Source: an uncultured Bacteroidia bacterium
GTDB lineage: Bacteria; Bacteroidota; Bacteroidia; Bacteroidales; F082
Assembly: GCA_902801625.1 (NCBI GenBank)
Contig: CADCJI010000006.1
Coordinates: 11,304-75,303, forward strand
Direction of reading: 5' to 3'
Length of the DNA: 64,000 bases
Shown here piece by piece: positions 26,292-35,083 of the stretch. The position numbers were made by a program, and so were the translations under genes. Within the stretch, counting starts at the first letter, position 1. Every line of letters begins with the position of its first letter. The notes beneath the pieces are model-generated. The model had not been told where the DNA came from. It searched no databases and was given only the letters and a program-made list of their open reading frames with translations.

Positions 26292-28172
26292 ATGAAGAAA
26301 CTCACTTTACTATTCTTGACTTTAGCTTCCATAGTAACATTGAAAGCCCAGTGGGTCGACGACCCAGCCTCCAACACCCGCATTGCCAATTGTGCCGATG
26401 GTGCCGCCGAGGTGTATGTTTCAACCGATGTCTCGACGGGTGACTCATATGTGCAGTGGCATTACCAAGGCGAAAACGGTTGGTCGCCATGGTTGCAACG
26501 GCTAGATGCCGACGGCGTTCCGCAATGGCCTGCCAGCGGGATCCATGTCACCACACCCGATTTTGCGACCTGGTCTCCAGGCTATTCCATGACCGCTGTC
26601 AACGGAGGCGTGGTAACGGTATTCCGCACCCTCGGTCCTCATCACTGGGCGGTCAAAATCAATGCCGACGGCTCCTTCCCATGGGGTGAACATGGACTCA
26701 TGCTCTTTGATGGTGAAGGCGGCGGCCGCTCCGAAGTGTTGTCAACCTATTCCTTTAACCATGATGACGGTGTATGGGCCTTGGGCACCGACATGGACAG
26801 CACCTTCCTGCAATATATCGATGCCGACGGCACGCTGCGCCCCAAGACCACCATCAAAGACCCTGCAAAAAAATGCACCAATGGTCTGTTGATACCTGCT
26901 GAAGACGGTGTCTTTGTGGTGTATGCCAAGCAGACCCTTCAAGGCTATACCAATTACAATAAGGAAATCCATGTCGCCGGTTACAATAAAGGCGGAGAAC
27001 AGATTTTTCCCGAAACGCTTTTGTTCGGACAACAAACTGTAGGTGCCAGTTATGTGCATTATGCCATCCCCGACAACCAGGGAGGCGGCTATGTCTATCA
27101 ATTCCACAACGCCATAGGTGGTGTGTATAACACCTATGTCACGCATTTCGACAAGAACGGCACAGCTACCATCACAGACCCCAACGGCATCGCTGTACAC
27201 AGTCCCGACAACAGTCACTTTTACACCAATGCCTACGGCACCGTCGACCCCGAGAGTAACGATCTCATCATCGCCTATCTCCAAAAGGATGGAGCCTCCC
27301 AATCCGAACATCGAGTCTATGTCAACCGCATCACGGAATCAGGTGAAAAGCCTTGGGGTGACGGCATTCTTGTGGCAGACTATACAAATCGTTCCTATAG
27401 CGACATCCATGTAGATGCCATCGATGCCGTATATGGATTCGTAGTGACCTACGGTACCAGTCAAGGCACAATTGAAGCTGTGGGCTACGACAACGAAGGA
27501 AACCAGCAGTGGAGCACTATCATGAGTTCGACCCGCTACAATAAAACCATCAGCGAAAACACTACTGGCTTTTATGACGGACAAAACATTGTGGCATGGG
27601 TCAACAGTGATGATGGCGGTGTCTATGGACAAAACATCGGATGGGACGGTGCCTTGGGTGAGGTCAGTCCCCTGCCGCCCCCGCCAGTTCCTTGCTGCTA
27701 TGCACCTGAAAACTTCGAAGGCAACTACCTATACAATGAAGAGACTGCAACCTACGGCGCCATGCTCACATGGGAGGCTCCCGCCTACAGCGTTTTCCAC
27801 TTCAACCTTTACAGGCAAAACCTTGATGAAGGCACAACAGACATCATCGAAATTGATGCCGATGTAACATCCTACTTTGATGAGACGGCACCCGCCATGT
27901 ATAAATACCAACTCACAGCCATGTACGATGACTTTGAGTCCGAGTTCGCCCTAACCCCTGATGGAGAGGACTATATTATTATAGAGGTGACATCGGTTTC
28001 CGAAAACAATAGCGAAAACGAAATCATCACAGTCTTAAAAATCTATTCCACCAATGGCCAGGTGATTCGTAAGGCTAACTTTGGCGAACTGAGTCCAGGC
28101 GTTTACATCGTCCAAGGGCTAACCTCCACAGGGAAACTTGTCACAAAGAAGGTCGTTTTAAACAATCAATAA
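26292..28172 (+). CDS. T9SS-sorted secreted protein, tandem paralogue 1 (function unknown)
   Basis: Signal peptide ..LKAQWVDDP. Repeated ..ADG..PWGE.G.. units suggest a beta-propeller-like fold. An Fn3-like unit (..YKYQLTAMYDD.ESEF) is followed by the CTD ITVLKIYSTNGQVIRKANFGELSPGVYIVQGLTSTGKLVTKKVVL. Confidence 0.8.
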   Translation: MKKLTLLFLTLASIVTLKAQWVDDPASNTRIANCADGAAEVYVSTDVSTGDSYVQWHYQGENGWSPWLQRLDADGVPQWPASGIHVTTPDFATWSPGYSMTAVNGGVVTVFRTLGPHHWAVKINADGSFPWGEHGLMLFDGEGGGRSEVLSTYSFNHDDGVWALGTDMDSTFLQYIDADGTLRPKTTIKDPAKKCTNGLLIPAEDGVFVVYAKQTLQGYTNYNKEIHVAGYNKGGEQIFPETLLFGQQTVGASYVHYAIPDNQGGGYVYQFHNAIGGVYNTYVTHFDKNGTATITDPNGIAVHSPDNSHFYTNAYGTVDPESNDLIIAYLQKDGASQSEHRVYVNRITESGEKPWGDGILVADYTNRSYSDIHVDAIDAVYGFVVTYGTSQGTIEAVGYDNEGNQQWSTIMSSTRYNKTISENTTGFYDGQNIVAWVNSDDGGVYGQNIGWDGALGEVSPLPPPPVPCCYAPENFEGNYLYNEETATYGAMLTWEAPAYSVFHFNLYRQNLDEGTTDIIEIDADVTSYFDETAPAMYKYQLTAMYDDFESEFALTPDGEDYIIIEVTSVSENNSENEIITVLKIYSTNGQVIRKANFGELSPGVYIVQGLTSTGKLVTKKVVLNNQ

Positions 28173-28196
28173 TAGGAATTTAAAAATCATATCATC

Positions 28197-30068
28197 ATGA
28201 AAAAACTTGTACTTTTCTTAGCAGGCTTATTCGTTTTCACAGCACTGCATGCTCAATGGGTCGACGACCCAACTACCAACACCTTCATCGCTAACAGCTC
28301 GGCAGACGCTGGTGAAGTCTATCTCTCCACCGATGAAGTCTCTGGCGATACTTATTTGCAATTCAACCAGATGCGCTCCAATGGTTGGGTACCAACCTTA
28401 CAGAGACTCACTTTTGAAGGCATTCCACAATGGGGTGACAACGGCATCACCATCACGGGGCAGACCCTTTCCTCATGGTCGGAAGGCGTTGCTATGGTCG
28501 CCACCAATGATGGCGGCGTGGTGAGCTGCTTCTCCAACGAAGCCGGACAATCTGTAGCCGTCAGGATCAATGCCGATGGCACTTTCCCATGGGGCGAGCA
28601 GGGCATCACCCTCTTTGGCGGACAAGGCGGCTCGCGCACCGAACTTCTCGCTGGAAACGACGGAGGCGTTTGGGCGCTCGGTACCGACTACAACAACACT
28701 TATTTGCAATATGTCAACGCCAATGGCACTTTAGGACCCGCCATCACCATGGGAGATGGCGAACACCAATATATGTTCGGCCTTATGGTACCCTCCGTTG
28801 ACGATAGAGTTTTGGTGGTCTTTGAAAAAGAGAACTGGGCGTACACCTATTATTATGAGAAATCCATTTATGTAGCCTGCTACACCCGTGAAGGCGAACA
28901 AATCGGTGATGAGACTCTACTCATGCTGCCACAAACTATCGGTGGCAGCTATTGCCATTATGTGGTTCCCGATGGAGAAGGCGGCGGCTATGCATACATC
29001 TGGCATCCTGCCATAGGAGGTGCATTCAACACTTATGTCTTCCACTTTGATGTAAATGGCATCTCCACCATCAGCGACCAGAATGGCATTCCCGTTCACT
29101 CTACTGACCCATCAAATTTCTATCTTAGTGCTTATGGCACCGTCGACCCCGTGAGCCACGACCTCATCCTCGCCTACGAACAAACTGATGCTTCAACCCA
29201 GTCACAAAGCAGAATCTACATGAACCGCATCACTGCAACTGGCGAGCGTGTGTGGGGCGAAGGCATTTTGGTTGCCGACAACGATGGTTCCAGCTATAGC
29301 GAAATAAAAGTCGATGCCTTCGAAGACGGCAGCGGTTTCTCCATCATCTACAAGAAAAGCAATAGCTACAGCGACGAAGTGGTGAATGCTAAGGGCTACG
29401 ACATGGAAGGCAACCAAATCTGGGCCAAATCCATGAGTTCGAGCCATTATCCCCGTGCCGTGTGCGATAATAGCACAGGCTTTCACATGGGACAAAATAT
29501 AGTGGCATGGGTGAACAGCAGCAATGGCGGCATTTACGGCCAAAACATCGGTCCCGACGGCAACATGGGTCCCATCGAACCACCCGTTCCGACCTGCCTC
29601 CCGCCTGAGAACCTTGAAGGCGATTATGTCTACGATATGGAAGAGCAACTATATGGCGTGCAGATCAGTTGGATAGCCCCCGATACACAACCGCTGCATT
29701 ATAACCTCTATCGTTACAGCGAAATCTACAAGGACGAAACCATCATCGAAGTGGCAGCTGACGCCACCTCCTATTTTGACGAAACCGGTATTGGAGCCTA
29801 CAAATACCAACTCACCGCCGTCTACGAGGACTGCGAATCCGACTTTGCCCTTACGCCCGAAGGAGAGAACCATGTCTATATCGAAGTCACTGGAATTGAG
29901 GAAAATACCGATAGCAGAATCGTCAATGTGTTGAATGTTTACAACATGACCGGCCAGCGCATTATGGTCAACGACATAAACGAGCTGAACACGGGCGTCT
30001 ACATCCTCCAAGGCTTGACAGAAGACGGCCGTTTGGTCAACCAAAAAGTGATGGTCGATAAAAAATAA
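28197..30068 (+). CDS. T9SS-sorted secreted protein, tandem paralogue 2
   Basis: Collinear with 26292-28172 (AQWVDDPTTNTFIAN.., INADGTFPWGEQG, IVAWVNSSNGGIYGQNIG, YKYQLTAVYEDCESDF). CTD: VNVLNVYNMTGQRIMVNDINELNTGVYILQGLTEDGRLVNQKVMV. Confidence 0.8.
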   Translation: MKKLVLFLAGLFVFTALHAQWVDDPTTNTFIANSSADAGEVYLSTDEVSGDTYLQFNQMRSNGWVPTLQRLTFEGIPQWGDNGITITGQTLSSWSEGVAMVATNDGGVVSCFSNEAGQSVAVRINADGTFPWGEQGITLFGGQGGSRTELLAGNDGGVWALGTDYNNTYLQYVNANGTLGPAITMGDGEHQYMFGLMVPSVDDRVLVVFEKENWAYTYYYEKSIYVACYTREGEQIGDETLLMLPQTIGGSYCHYVVPDGEGGGYAYIWHPAIGGAFNTYVFHFDVNGISTISDQNGIPVHSTDPSNFYLSAYGTVDPVSHDLILAYEQTDASTQSQSRIYMNRITATGERVWGEGILVADNDGSSYSEIKVDAFEDGSGFSIIYKKSNSYSDEVVNAKGYDMEGNQIWAKSMSSSHYPRAVCDNSTGFHMGQNIVAWVNSSNGGIYGQNIGPDGNMGPIEPPVPTCLPPENLEGDYVYDMEEQLYGVQISWIAPDTQPLHYNLYRYSEIYKDETIIEVAADATSYFDETGIGAYKYQLTAVYEDCESDFALTPEGENHVYIEVTGIEENTDSRIVNVLNVYNMTGQRIMVNDINELNTGVYILQGLTEDGRLVNQKVMVDKK

Positions 30069-30085
30069 GACGCAATCCTAACATC

Positions 30086-31051
30086 ATGAGCAGGCTACAA
30101 ATCGTTATCAGCCCGCAGTACGACCCCTTCCTCAACCGCGCCGTCGAGCAATACCTCACTGAGTGCCAAGAGGAAGGAGTCGTTACTATGTACCTTTGGA
30201 AAAACCAGCAGACCGTCGTCATCGGATACAACCAGAATCCATACGCGGAATGCAATGTAAAACTTTTGCTCAACGAAGGCGGACATCTCATGCGACGCGG
30301 CACAGGCGGCGGTGCGGTCTATCACGATTTGGGCAACATCAATTTTTCTTTCATTGCCGACAAAAGGCTGTATGATGTGAAGAAACAACTCTCCGTGATT
30401 CAAAACGCGCTCCTCTCCTATGGCATACATACCGAAATCTCTGGCCGCAACGACCTCACCTGCCAAGGGCGCAAATTCAGTGGCAACGCCTTCGCGAAAG
30501 GTCAGAGAAATAATCTTCACCACGGCACCATCCTCATCAAGATAGATGGAGCAATGATGCAACGCTACCTCATTGTCGACAAGGCCAAGCTGCTGAAAAA
30601 CGGAGTGAAGAGCGTGGCATCAAGGGTCATCAACCTCAGCGAACTCATTCCCGAGCTGACCTCGGAGAACATCAAGATGCCGTTGATTGCCTCATTTGAA
30701 AAGGTTTATGATGGCAAGGCAGAAGTATTAGACTTCGACACCTTTATTAATAATAGCGAAGTGCAAGCCATCAGAGCGCACATCGCATCAAACGATTTCC
30801 TCTTCGGCCGTTGGGAGCAGTTCAAGACCACCAAAAAAGCCCGTTTCACCTGGGGCGGAGTGGAAATCGCCTTACAAATCGATGAGGCCAATGCCATCAT
30901 CAAAGACATACAAATCGCCTCGGATTGCCTTGAACCAGAGACCATACAGCTGGCAAAACAATTGCTGAGTGGTGCCTCCACCAAAACCGCACCCGAGCAT
31001 GATTCCGATAACGAAATCCTTCAAGACATCGTCAACTTGATTTACGGCTGA
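30086..31051 (+). CDS. lplA: Lipoate-protein ligase A
   Basis: RRGTGGGAVYHDLGNINFSF, GRKFSGNAF and HHGTILI motifs. Confidence 0.88.
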   Translation: MSRLQIVISPQYDPFLNRAVEQYLTECQEEGVVTMYLWKNQQTVVIGYNQNPYAECNVKLLLNEGGHLMRRGTGGGAVYHDLGNINFSFIADKRLYDVKKQLSVIQNALLSYGIHTEISGRNDLTCQGRKFSGNAFAKGQRNNLHHGTILIKIDGAMMQRYLIVDKAKLLKNGVKSVASRVINLSELIPELTSENIKMPLIASFEKVYDGKAEVLDFDTFINNSEVQAIRAHIASNDFLFGRWEQFKTTKKARFTWGGVEIALQIDEANAIIKDIQIASDCLEPETIQLAKQLLSGASTKTAPEHDSDNEILQDIVNLIYG

Positions 31052-31062
31052 ATAAAAAAGCG

Positions 31063-31070
31063 TATTTTTG
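31063..31070 (+). promoter_or_regulatory. TAnnTTTG promoter box (TATTTTTG + CAGCCC)
   Basis: ~117 nt upstream of ATG 31187. Confidence 0.5.
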
Positions 31071-31092
31071 CAGCCCGATTCAAACCAGCTAA

Positions 31093-31118
31093 GGTCCCTG
31101 AGCCCGTCGAAGGGCCGA
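31093..31118. repeat. REP-like single arm (GPSTxS-arm family), intergenic
   Basis: ggtccctgagcccgtcgaagggccga matches the left arm at 20295-20320 at 23/26 positions (by eye). Confidence 0.7.
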
Positions 31119-31150
31119 CAGATAAAATGATGGCGCTCAGCAACCTGCTA

Positions 31151-31186
31151 TAACTGAACAACTGACAACTATCAACTGATAACTGA
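31151..31186. repeat. AACTGAN heptamer-periodic array in the miaB 5' UTR
   Basis: taactgaacaactgacaactatcaactgataactga ends immediately before ATG 31187. Confidence 0.7.
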
Positions 31187-32569
31187 ATGAAATACTTTCT
31201 TCTCCCCCTAGGCTGCCAGATGAACTTGAGCGACACGGAGCGCGTCCGCACGGTACTCAACGGCATGGGCTTCGTCCAAACCGAAAACGAAGATGAAGCT
31301 ACTATTCTCGGAATCATTGCCTGCTCAGTGCGCCAAAAAGGCATCGACAAAGTGTATGGCCGCATTGAGAAATGGAACGCCATGAAGAACCGCCAAAATG
31401 TCATCACCTTTGTGTCGGGCTGCATCCTGCCCGCCGACCGTCTGCGTTTCCTCAAGCTCTTCGACCTGGTCTTTGCCATGAACGAGTTGCCTAATCTGCC
31501 CGAGATGATTCGCCAATATGGTATTGTCACGCCAGCCTCATTGAAATTTGGAGAAGAGATTGAATACCAACCCGTGGTCAAGCCGTTGGCACCGCTGTTC
31601 CACAAGGACGACAAGATCAACCCCTCGGCCAACATGGACAAGTTTTGGGCCATCACGCCGACACAGACCTCCACTTTCGAGGCCTTCATCCCAATCCAGA
31701 ACGGCTGCAACAAGTTCTGCACCTACTGCGCCGTGCCTTACACCCGTGGCCGCGAGGTGTCGCGTCCGTCGGAAGAGATTTTGGCTGAGTTGAAAGACCT
31801 CGTTGAAAAAGGCTACAAGAGCATCACCTTGCTTGGACAGAATGTCAACTCCTACGGCCTCGACAAGAAAGGCGAAGAGATTGACTTCGCCGAACTGTTG
31901 CGCCGCGTGGGCGAATATGGCAAGACAAGCGGCAAGGAGTTTTGGGTGTATTACACCGCGCCGCATCCCCGCGACATGAAAGATGATGTCATCGAAGTGA
32001 TGGCGCAATACGACTGCCTCGGCAAGCAGATCCACATCCCCATCCAGAGTGGCGACGAGAACATGCTGCAACGCATGAACCGCCACCACGACTTGGCTAC
32101 CTACCGTCACATCATCGAGACCATCCGCGAGAAACTGCCGACGGCCACCATCTTCACTGACATCATCGTGGGCTTCACCCATGAGACCGAAGAGGAGTTT
32201 GAGAACACGCGCAAAGCCATGGAGGAGTTCAAATACAACATGGCATTCATCGCTCAATACAGTGTGCGCCCAGGCGCTGTGGCCTCGGAATGGGACGACG
32301 ATGTGCCGAAGGAAGTGAAACGCGAACGCTACCACCGCCTCACCGAGGAACTGATGAAACACAGCCTCGTCTACAACCAAGGCCTCATTGGTAAGACTGT
32401 CAAGATGCTCGTGGAGAGCCATGACCGCAAAAATGGCTACCTCACTGGCCACACGGAAGGGAAGATTGTCATCCGCTTTGCTTCGAGAGACACTAGCCTT
32501 ATCGGGCAGATTGTGAATGTGAAAGTGACTTCGGCTTCGCCGCTGTCGATTGAGGGAGTGTTAGTTTAG
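31187..32569 (+). CDS. miaB: Radical-SAM methylthiotransferase, MiaB-type
   Basis: N-terminal LGCQMN, radical SAM motif GCNKFCTYCAVPYTRGREVSRP, C-terminal TRAM-like ..VNVKVTSASPLSIEGVLV. Confidence 0.78.
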   Translation: MKYFLLPLGCQMNLSDTERVRTVLNGMGFVQTENEDEATILGIIACSVRQKGIDKVYGRIEKWNAMKNRQNVITFVSGCILPADRLRFLKLFDLVFAMNELPNLPEMIRQYGIVTPASLKFGEEIEYQPVVKPLAPLFHKDDKINPSANMDKFWAITPTQTSTFEAFIPIQNGCNKFCTYCAVPYTRGREVSRPSEEILAELKDLVEKGYKSITLLGQNVNSYGLDKKGEEIDFAELLRRVGEYGKTSGKEFWVYYTAPHPRDMKDDVIEVMAQYDCLGKQIHIPIQSGDENMLQRMNRHHDLATYRHIIETIREKLPTATIFTDIIVGFTHETEEEFENTRKAMEEFKYNMAFIAQYSVRPGAVASEWDDDVPKEVKRERYHRLTEELMKHSLVYNQGLIGKTVKMLVESHDRKNGYLTGHTEGKIVIRFASRDTSLIGQIVNVKVTSASPLSIEGVLV

Positions 32570-32598
32570 AGTTTAGAGTTTAGGGTTTAGAGTTTAGA
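32564..32598. repeat. GTTTAGA/GTTTAGG heptamer array x5 that fills the whole miaB-mtaB spacer
   Basis: gtttaga gtttaga gtttagg gtttaga gtttaga. It contains the miaB stop codon (32567-32569) and ends 4 nt before ATG 32603. Confidence 0.9.
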
Positions 32599-32602
32599 GT
32601 CG

Positions 32603-33889
32603 ATGAAGAAAGTAGCGTTCAAGACTTTAGGTTGCCGCGTCAACCTTTATGAGACCGATGCCTTAGCTTCGCGCTTCAAAGCGGCGGGCTACGACATCGC
32701 CGACAGCGATGCCGACGCTGATATCTTCGTCGTGAACACCTGCACCGTCACCAACACCAGCGACCAGAAATGCCGTCAAGCCATTCACCAGATTCGACGC
32801 AAACACCCTAATGCTTTGATTGCTGTCACAGGCTGCATGGTCAACCATAGGAAAGAGGAATTGCTGCAATCAGGCATCGCCGACTATGTCATCGACAACG
32901 AACGCAAAGCAGCCCTGTTCGACATCATCGATGAGCATTTCAAGACGGGCCACAGCGACCCTGAGGGCTACGACCGCGACCTGTTCAGCTACCAGCCTGC
33001 CTTCGACACCTTCCACACCCGCAGCCTCATCAAGATCCATGATGGCTGCAACAACTTTTGCTCCTATTGCATCATCCCGATGGTAAGAGGACGCTCCACA
33101 AGCCGTCCCGCCAAGGACATATATAATAATGTGCGCGAAGTCATCGCCCACGGCTTCAAGGAAGTCGTGCTGACCGGTGTCAACATGGGGCGTTACCAAT
33201 ATGAAAACACGAACTTCGAACAACTCGTGGAAAACATCCTGGAAATCGACGGTGACTTTCGTGTCCGAGTCTCCTCCATCGAGCCTGATCAGTTTAGTGA
33301 CCGTTTTTTGCAGCTCTTCCAACATGAGAAACTCGCTCCCCACATGCACATCTGTTTGCAAAGCGGCTCCGACGACACCTTGAAACGGATGCACCGCTTT
33401 TATACCGTCGCTCAATTCCGTGACATGTGCCAGCGCATCAAGACTTTCCGCCCTGACTTCAATCTCACTACCGACATCATTGTGGGCTTCCCAGGCGAGA
33501 CTGAGCAAACCTTCAAGGAGAGTTGCGACTTTGCGAGAGAAATCGGATTCAGCCACATTCACACTTTCAAATACTCAGTTCGCAATGGCACAAAGGCAGC
33601 CACAATGCCTAACCAAGTACCTGAAAGCATCAAGACGGAACGCAGCGAGGTCATGCGACAAATCTCTTTGGAGAACAAAATAAAGTTTTTTGAGATGATG
33701 CAAGGTAAGACACAGCGCATGCTCATCGAACGTATCGACAGCAAAGGCGTGGCGCGAGGCTATGGCGAAAATTACATTCCCGTCATCGCTAGCGGAAAAG
33801 ACCTGGAAAAGAACACCTTTATTAATATAAGGCTCAATGAAATCCTCCACCGTGAAAACGAAGAGAAGATGGCTTTTAACACATTATAA
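32603..33889 (+). CDS. mtaB: Radical-SAM methylthiotransferase, MtaB-type
   Basis: FKTLGCRVNLYETDA, DGCNNFCSYCIIPMVRGRSTSRP; 428 aa. Confidence 0.72.
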   Translation: MKKVAFKTLGCRVNLYETDALASRFKAAGYDIADSDADADIFVVNTCTVTNTSDQKCRQAIHQIRRKHPNALIAVTGCMVNHRKEELLQSGIADYVIDNERKAALFDIIDEHFKTGHSDPEGYDRDLFSYQPAFDTFHTRSLIKIHDGCNNFCSYCIIPMVRGRSTSRPAKDIYNNVREVIAHGFKEVVLTGVNMGRYQYENTNFEQLVENILEIDGDFRVRVSSIEPDQFSDRFLQLFQHEKLAPHMHICLQSGSDDTLKRMHRFYTVAQFRDMCQRIKTFRPDFNLTTDIIVGFPGETEQTFKESCDFAREIGFSHIHTFKYSVRNGTKAATMPNQVPESIKTERSEVMRQISLENKIKFFEMMQGKTQRMLIERIDSKGVARGYGENYIPVIASGKDLEKNTFINIRLNEILHRENEEKMAFNTL

Positions 33890-33955
33890 ATCAGATTTAT
33901 ACATTTTTTATTGAAAAAATTTCAAATAATGGGTTGGCATTTCGAAGAAAAGTTG

Positions 33956-33963
33956 TAATTTTG
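33956..33963 (+). promoter_or_regulatory. TAnnTTTG promoter box (TAATTTTG + CAGCCC) for rpsT
   Basis: 45 nt upstream of ATG 34008. Confidence 0.55.
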
Positions 33964-34007
33964 CAGCCCAAAATAAAAAGAACAAAAAGCATAAAGGAAT
34001 AAGAGAT

Positions 34008-34262
34008 ATGGCAAACCACAAAGATGCAATCAAGAGAATTCGTCAGACTGAGAAGAGACGCTTGCACAACCGTTACTACGCCAAGAACATGCGTAACGAA
34101 ATCAAGAAATTCAGGGCTTTGACCAGCAAGTCGGAAGCTGAAGGACAACTTTCGAAGTTGTACTCCGTTATCGACAAGGTCGCCAAGCGCGGTATCATCC
34201 ACAAGAACAAAGCCGCCAACCTGAAGTCGAAGCTGACGAAGTTCACGGCAAAATTGGCATAA
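34008..34262 (+). CDS. rpsT: 30S ribosomal protein S20
   Basis: MANHKDAIKRIRQTEKRRLHNR..; 84 aa and basic. Confidence 0.95.
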   Translation: MANHKDAIKRIRQTEKRRLHNRYYAKNMRNEIKKFRALTSKSEAEGQLSKLYSVIDKVAKRGIIHKNKAANLKSKLTKFTAKLA

Positions 34263-34289
34263 TTGGAAGTTTTATTCATACATGTTGGT

Positions 34290-34320
34290 GCCTCTTCTAC
34301 TCTGTGGAAGAGGCTTTTTT
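34290..34320 (+). terminator. Rho-independent terminator of rpsT
   Basis: gcctcttc / gaagaggc stem followed by T6. Confidence 0.85.
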
Positions 34321-34373
34321 GCTTGAGGTAAGCAGAAAAACGCTATCTTTACCGCCCAAAACACTTCACTGAC

Positions 34374-35069
34374 ATGACCCAGAAGAAATCCATCAAGGAA
34401 TGGGCTGCCGACGACCAGCCGCGTGAAAAAATGATGGCCAAAGGCAAGAATGCTCTCAGCAACGCCGAATTACTGGCCATCCTGCTGCGCACGGGCGACA
34501 TTGGGACCTCGGCCGTTGAACTCTCGCGCTCCATCTTGGACAGCGTCGACAACGACCTCATCGCACTCTCCAATTTGACCCTGGATGACCTCATGCAGCA
34601 CAAAGGCATCGGCGAAGCCAAGGCCATTACCATCATGGCCGCCCTCGAACTCGGCAAACGCCGTCGCGGGGCAGAAGCCAACCTTCCCACCGAAGTGAAA
34701 GACTCGAAAGATTCCTTTGAACGATTTCTTCCCTACATCGACGACATGAGGCAAGAGCATTTCCTAGTCTTGTACCTCAACCAAAGCAACCACGCACTGA
34801 AGGTGGAATGCCTCAGCAACGGTGGCACCACCAATGTCATCGCCGATCCGAAACTCATCTTCAAGAACGCTTTAAGCCTCGGCGCCACCTGTCTCGTCTT
34901 GGGGCACAACCATCCTTCAGGCAACCCACGCCCCAGCGAAGACGACCGGCAACTGACCAAGAAGTTGGTAGCGGCCGGCAAACTCTTAGACATCACCGTC
35001 ATCGACCATATCATCATCGGCAACGAACGCTACTACAGCTTCCGCGACCACGGAGAAATGACCTTTTGA
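34374..35069 (+). CDS. radC: RadC-family JAB-domain protein
   Basis: ..LSNAELLAILLRTG.., HhH region, JAMM motif GHNHPSGNPRPSEDD. Confidence 0.9.
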   Translation: MTQKKSIKEWAADDQPREKMMAKGKNALSNAELLAILLRTGDIGTSAVELSRSILDSVDNDLIALSNLTLDDLMQHKGIGEAKAITIMAALELGKRRRGAEANLPTEVKDSKDSFERFLPYIDDMRQEHFLVLYLNQSNHALKVECLSNGGTTNVIADPKLIFKNALSLGATCLVLGHNHPSGNPRPSEDDRQLTKKLVAAGKLLDITVIDHIIIGNERYYSFRDHGEMTF

Positions 35070-35083
35070 AACATCGCACACCC

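Noticed and set aside
32564-32598. Telomere-like TTTAGGG repeat.
   Set aside because: Only one of five units is TTTAGGG and the rest are TTTAGAG. The array is internal to a bacterial operon between two coding genes, so there is no telomere function. It is kept only as a heptamer-array observation.
34808-35083. N-terminal 92-aa extension of wecB proposed by the ORF track.
   Set aside because: The extension overlaps the radC coding frame, is Arg/His/Pro-rich nonsense, and the canonical WecB N-terminus MKLVTIIGARPQIIK starts at 35084.
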